Shown here: one piece after another, positions 60,929 to 64,000 of the stretch
Layout of the letters: every line of letters starts with the position of its first letter
Numbering within the stretch: the first letter of the stretch is position 1
Assembly: GCA_963737155.1 (NCBI GenBank)
Contig: CAVTRN010000001.1
Location: 480,001 to 544,000 of the forward strand
Direction: 5' to 3'
Source of the DNA: Nitrospirota bacterium
Lineage (GTDB): Bacteria > Nitrospirota > UBA9217
Length of the DNA: 64,000 nucleotides
The notes under the pieces: generated by a model
Told to the model about the DNA's origin: nothing
Databases searched by the model: none
Seen by the model: only the letters and a program-made list of their open reading frames with translations
Program-made: the position numbers and the translations under genes

Positions 60929-61999
60929 ATGGATAGAGAAAAAGATCACCCGCTTGCAGGAGACTTAGATCATATCATTGCTTCTACCCGGGAACTCTGG
61001 AATGATCTCCGCGGAGGACGTCTTTTTATTACGGGCGGCACTGGATTTGTCGGAACCTGGCTGCTTGAAAGCTTTGCCTGGGCAAATCGCATAATGGGAT
61101 TGAAGGCTTCAGCGGTAGTTCTGACTCGAAATTATGCTGCGTTCAAAGGGAAGGTGCCGCACCTCGCTGCCGACCCTGCGATAAATTTTCATTCAGGCGA
61201 TATACAAGCATTCACATACCCCGGTGGCGAATTTTCTCACATTATCCATGCCGCCGCGACATCCGCTTTAGCAACCTTCAATAAAGAAGACCCGCTGGCG
61301 AAATTTGCCACGGTCGTTGACGGTACGAGACACACACTCGATTTTGCAGTACATTGTCATGCGCGGAAATTGCTTCTGACCAGCTCAGGAGCTGTTTATG
61401 GTAAGCAGCCATACGACATGCCTCATATTACGGAAATTTGTGGCGGCGGACCTGATCCTTGCGGCGCAGATGCCGCATGGGGAGAGTCCAAACGGGCAGC
61501 GGAGTTTCTCTGCGCTCAATATTCGCGAGCATACGGTTTTGACTCGAAAATCGCCCGTTGTTTTTCTTTTCTCGGCCCGTATCTGCAATTGAACGTTCAC
61601 TATGCAGTCGGCAACTTTATTCGGGATGCCATAAATGGCGGTCCTATTTGCATTCGCGGTGATGGCACTCAACATCGTTCTTACATGTATGCGGCTGACC
61701 TCGTCATCTGGCTCTGGAAAATCCTGATACAGGGCGAATCGCGCCACCCGTATAATGTCGGGTCAGAGGAGGACGTGACAATCGCAGAGCTGGCAAATCG
61801 CGTCGCACAGTGTTTTGACAAGCCTATCGAGATCACTATGGCAAAAAAACCGGCATCAGTACATGCAGCCGAGCGATATGTACCATCAACAAGGCGGGCA
61901 CAGCAAGATCTGGGACTTCAGCAGTGCATAAGCCTCCGGGAGGGTATTGAGCGAACTGTTGCGCATGTGCGCGCCCACCCCTCATTGTACTTTCGGTAA
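60929..61999 (+). CDS. NAD-dependent epimerase/dehydratase (SDR)
   Basis: ITGGTGFVG, SSGAVYG, WGESKR (Trp in the usual catalytic Tyr position), RSYMYAAD. Confidence 0.9.
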   Translation: MDREKDHPLAGDLDHIIASTRELWNDLRGGRLFITGGTGFVGTWLLESFAWANRIMGLKASAVVLTRNYAAFKGKVPHLAADPAINFHSGDIQAFTYPGGEFSHIIHAAATSALATFNKEDPLAKFATVVDGTRHTLDFAVHCHARKLLLTSSGAVYGKQPYDMPHITEICGGGPDPCGADAAWGESKRAAEFLCAQYSRAYGFDSKIARCFSFLGPYLQLNVHYAVGNFIRDAINGGPICIRGDGTQHRSYMYAADLVIWLWKILIQGESRHPYNVGSEEDVTIAELANRVAQCFDKPIEITMAKKPASVHAAERYVPSTRRAQQDLGLQQCISLREGIERTVAHVRAHPSLYFR

Positions 62000-62190
62000 T
62001 AGAGATACGAATTAGCCTCACGTTTACATGGGGTCTAAACTTTAATGTTTCATAAAAAAGTTCTTTTTTACAACAAGAGTCATCGCCGCGTATAAAAATG
62101 ATCTCAATATTATTACTGTATTGTCAAAACATTCAATGACGTTTAATAAGTACCTTGACGCTGAGCTTTCCCAGAAACAGGAGGGATTCT

Positions 62191-64000
62191 ATGTTTCATA
62201 ACCTGAGGACAACGATTCCGACGCATACTGCTGTTGCCAAGGTCAGGGTAAACATTGTATACGCGTATCTTCGCTCTGAAAATATTCACGAGGTGCATCG
62301 GGGAAATCTATCCGTTGTATGGTCTCCGGTTCCCCTGAACGGTTGTGATCATTATGTCTATCACAACGCATTCAGTTACCGGGGCAGACTGCCGGGGTTA
62401 AACATTCTCATGATGCTGGAACCGGCCGTCGTCCTCCCCGGTGAGTTCGATGACCGTATCTGGCGTCACTTTGACTATGTCTTGACATTGTTTGATGCCC
62501 TTCTTGAACGTGGAGATAAATTCAGGAAAATATTTTTTCCTCATTTTATGGGCAAGTCATACGCCCCGCTTACCGAGGACCTCGCATCGAGACGACGCTT
62601 CTATCCGACTGAAGGACGCAGGAATGCCATTTGTATGATCAATGGCTATAAACGTTCCTCTGTTCCCGGGGAATTATACTCTCGACGTGTTGAGATCGCG
62701 CAGTGGTTTCACGACCACTCGGATATTCCCTTTGATGTCTACGGCACGCCCGCGTTTCCTCTGCCAAACTACAAGGGAGCATTAGATGTAAAACTCTCAA
62801 TGCTGAAACAATACAAATACTGTCTTTGTTTTGAAAATACCGATCATCCCGTTCTGTCTGCCGGCTACATAACCGAGAAGATCCTTGACTGCCTTGAAAC
62901 GCGGACTATCCCCATTTATTTGGGTGCATCGAATATTGACAAATACATCCCCGCAGAATGCTTTATTGATTACAGGAAATTTGCAGGGTTAAGAGAGCTT
63001 GACGAATTTCTTCACACCCTGCCCGATGAGCAGTATGAAAACCATATTGCTAACATAGACAAATTCGTATCGAGCGGAAAATTGAGAAAATTTAGCAGTG
63101 ATTCGCTGAATAATGCAATCGTGGATCTCCTGATCGAAAAGAACTTCATTAATGCAGATGGACTGTTTAGAAAAGATGATCCCTGGATTCCAGAGACGCC
63201 GCTTTCACTGCCGCAGGGGAGATGGAGCGGATCAACCGCCCCCGTGTTATGGACCTGGAACTATCTGCAGAAGGAGAGTTCTCCGCTCTTGTCTCCGGAA
63301 CTTGTGAAACGGGAACGGAGCACAGGCAGCACCACGATATCTCGTGAGTCAAAAGTAAACATACTTTCCCGATCTCAATCAATACACGTTCTGTACATAG
63401 GATTGAAATATGCCGGCGGAAGTGCCGCGAGAGGATATGACTCCTCTTGGTGGAATATCCATGACGGACTGAAGCATTTTCTCAATGTAAAGGTTTCACA
63501 TTACGACTATATGCTGGATGCCGGGAAAAACGGGATAGCTGGCATGTCCGAAAATCTCGTTGCGCTGGTAAAGAAGAACAAGCCGGACTTGCTTATTCTG
63601 AACCAGAATTCTGTTGCTGCCGATGTAGTGAGGGAGGCTCTATCCAATATTACAAAACAAATGGATACGGTGACAATTGCATGGATGGGCGATGACCACC
63701 GGACATTTGATGATCAGTCGCAGTTATTGGCGCCCTGCCTGGATTACCTTATCACCACGAACGCCGCAGCCATTTCAAAATATCAGCAATTGGGATTCTC
63801 CGGCAAGATTATCAAAAGCCAGTGGGCATGCAACCCATATGCCTATTTCCCAATGCCGGCAGCACGACGTCGTGATATGAGTTTCATCGGTATGGCAAAA
63901 GACGATCGGGCGACCGTCATTACCTTGCTCAGAGAGCAAGGGCTGAAAATTGAGGTGTTCGGGCGGAACTGGCCGAACGGGATGGACATACCGCTTCAGG
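62191..64000 (+). CDS. Multidomain glycosyltransferase (GT10-like + CgeB-like), 3'-truncated by window; absent from the ORF track
   Basis: Translated by hand from the ATG at 62191 (RBS ggaggg), open to window end; YKYCLCFENT...GYITEKILD...IPIYLG (GT10); then KPDLL, W.GDD, W.CNP, SFIG (CgeB-like). Confidence 0.85.
   Translation, partial: MFHNLRTTIPTHTAVAKVRVNIVYAYLRSENIHEVHRGNLSVVWSPVPLNGCDHYVYHNAFSYRGRLPGLNILMMLEPAVVLPGEFDDRIWRHFDYVLTLFDALLERGDKFRKIFFPHFMGKSYAPLTEDLASRRRFYPTEGRRNAICMINGYKRSSVPGELYSRRVEIAQWFHDHSDIPFDVYGTPAFPLPNYKGALDVKLSMLKQYKYCLCFENTDHPVLSAGYITEKILDCLETRTIPIYLGASNIDKYIPAECFIDYRKFAGLRELDEFLHTLPDEQYENHIANIDKFVSSGKLRKFSSDSLNNAIVDLLIEKNFINADGLFRKDDPWIPETPLSLPQGRWSGSTAPVLWTWNYLQKESSPLLSPELVKRERSTGSTTISRESKVNILSRSQSIHVLYIGLKYAGGSAARGYDSSWWNIHDGLKHFLNVKVSHYDYMLDAGKNGIAGMSENLVALVKKNKPDLLILNQNSVAADVVREALSNITKQMDTVTIAWMGDDHRTFDDQSQLLAPCLDYLITTNAAAISKYQQLGFSGKIIKSQWACNPYAYFPMPAARRRDMSFIGMAKDDRATVITLLREQGLKIEVFGRNWPNGMDIPLQ

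Overview
Bacterial chromosomal window. Gene order and protein style suggest a Nitrospirota- or Deltaproteobacteria-like organism (inference only). In order it contains: the 3' end of an Ig-like (Big_2/FN3) surface protein; an OmpR-type two-component system with a secreted MsrAB; an ORF-less, degenerate group II intron-like RNA; an IS607 element with frameshifted tnpA and an intact, zinc-finger-less Cas12n-like tnpB; trmJ; a complete dcw cluster (mraZ to ftsZ) with an extra STAS gene; gmhA; a sigma54-type serC and TPR/ATP-grasp pair split by an ISAzo13 relic; an HDOD-GGDEF operon; infA; an Ap4A phosphorylase; lgt; a umuD-like/dinB/variant-UDG cassette; flagellar accessory genes (FlhB-C, FliK-like, a sigma28-type TPR gene); and a sigma54-type CDP-dideoxy/branched-sugar glycosylation island that runs off the end. 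The most unusual signals are: (1) inverted arrays of degenerate 7-bp or 9-bp tandem repeats in many dcw intergenic gaps, some overlapping start and stop codons; (2) the group II intron relic, whose domain VI has become a perfect hairpin; (3) the IS607 TnpB with a predicted omegaRNA; (4) the family-4-like UDG with altered Fe-S ligands and uracil pocket. No rRNA, tRNA or CRISPR array was recognised.
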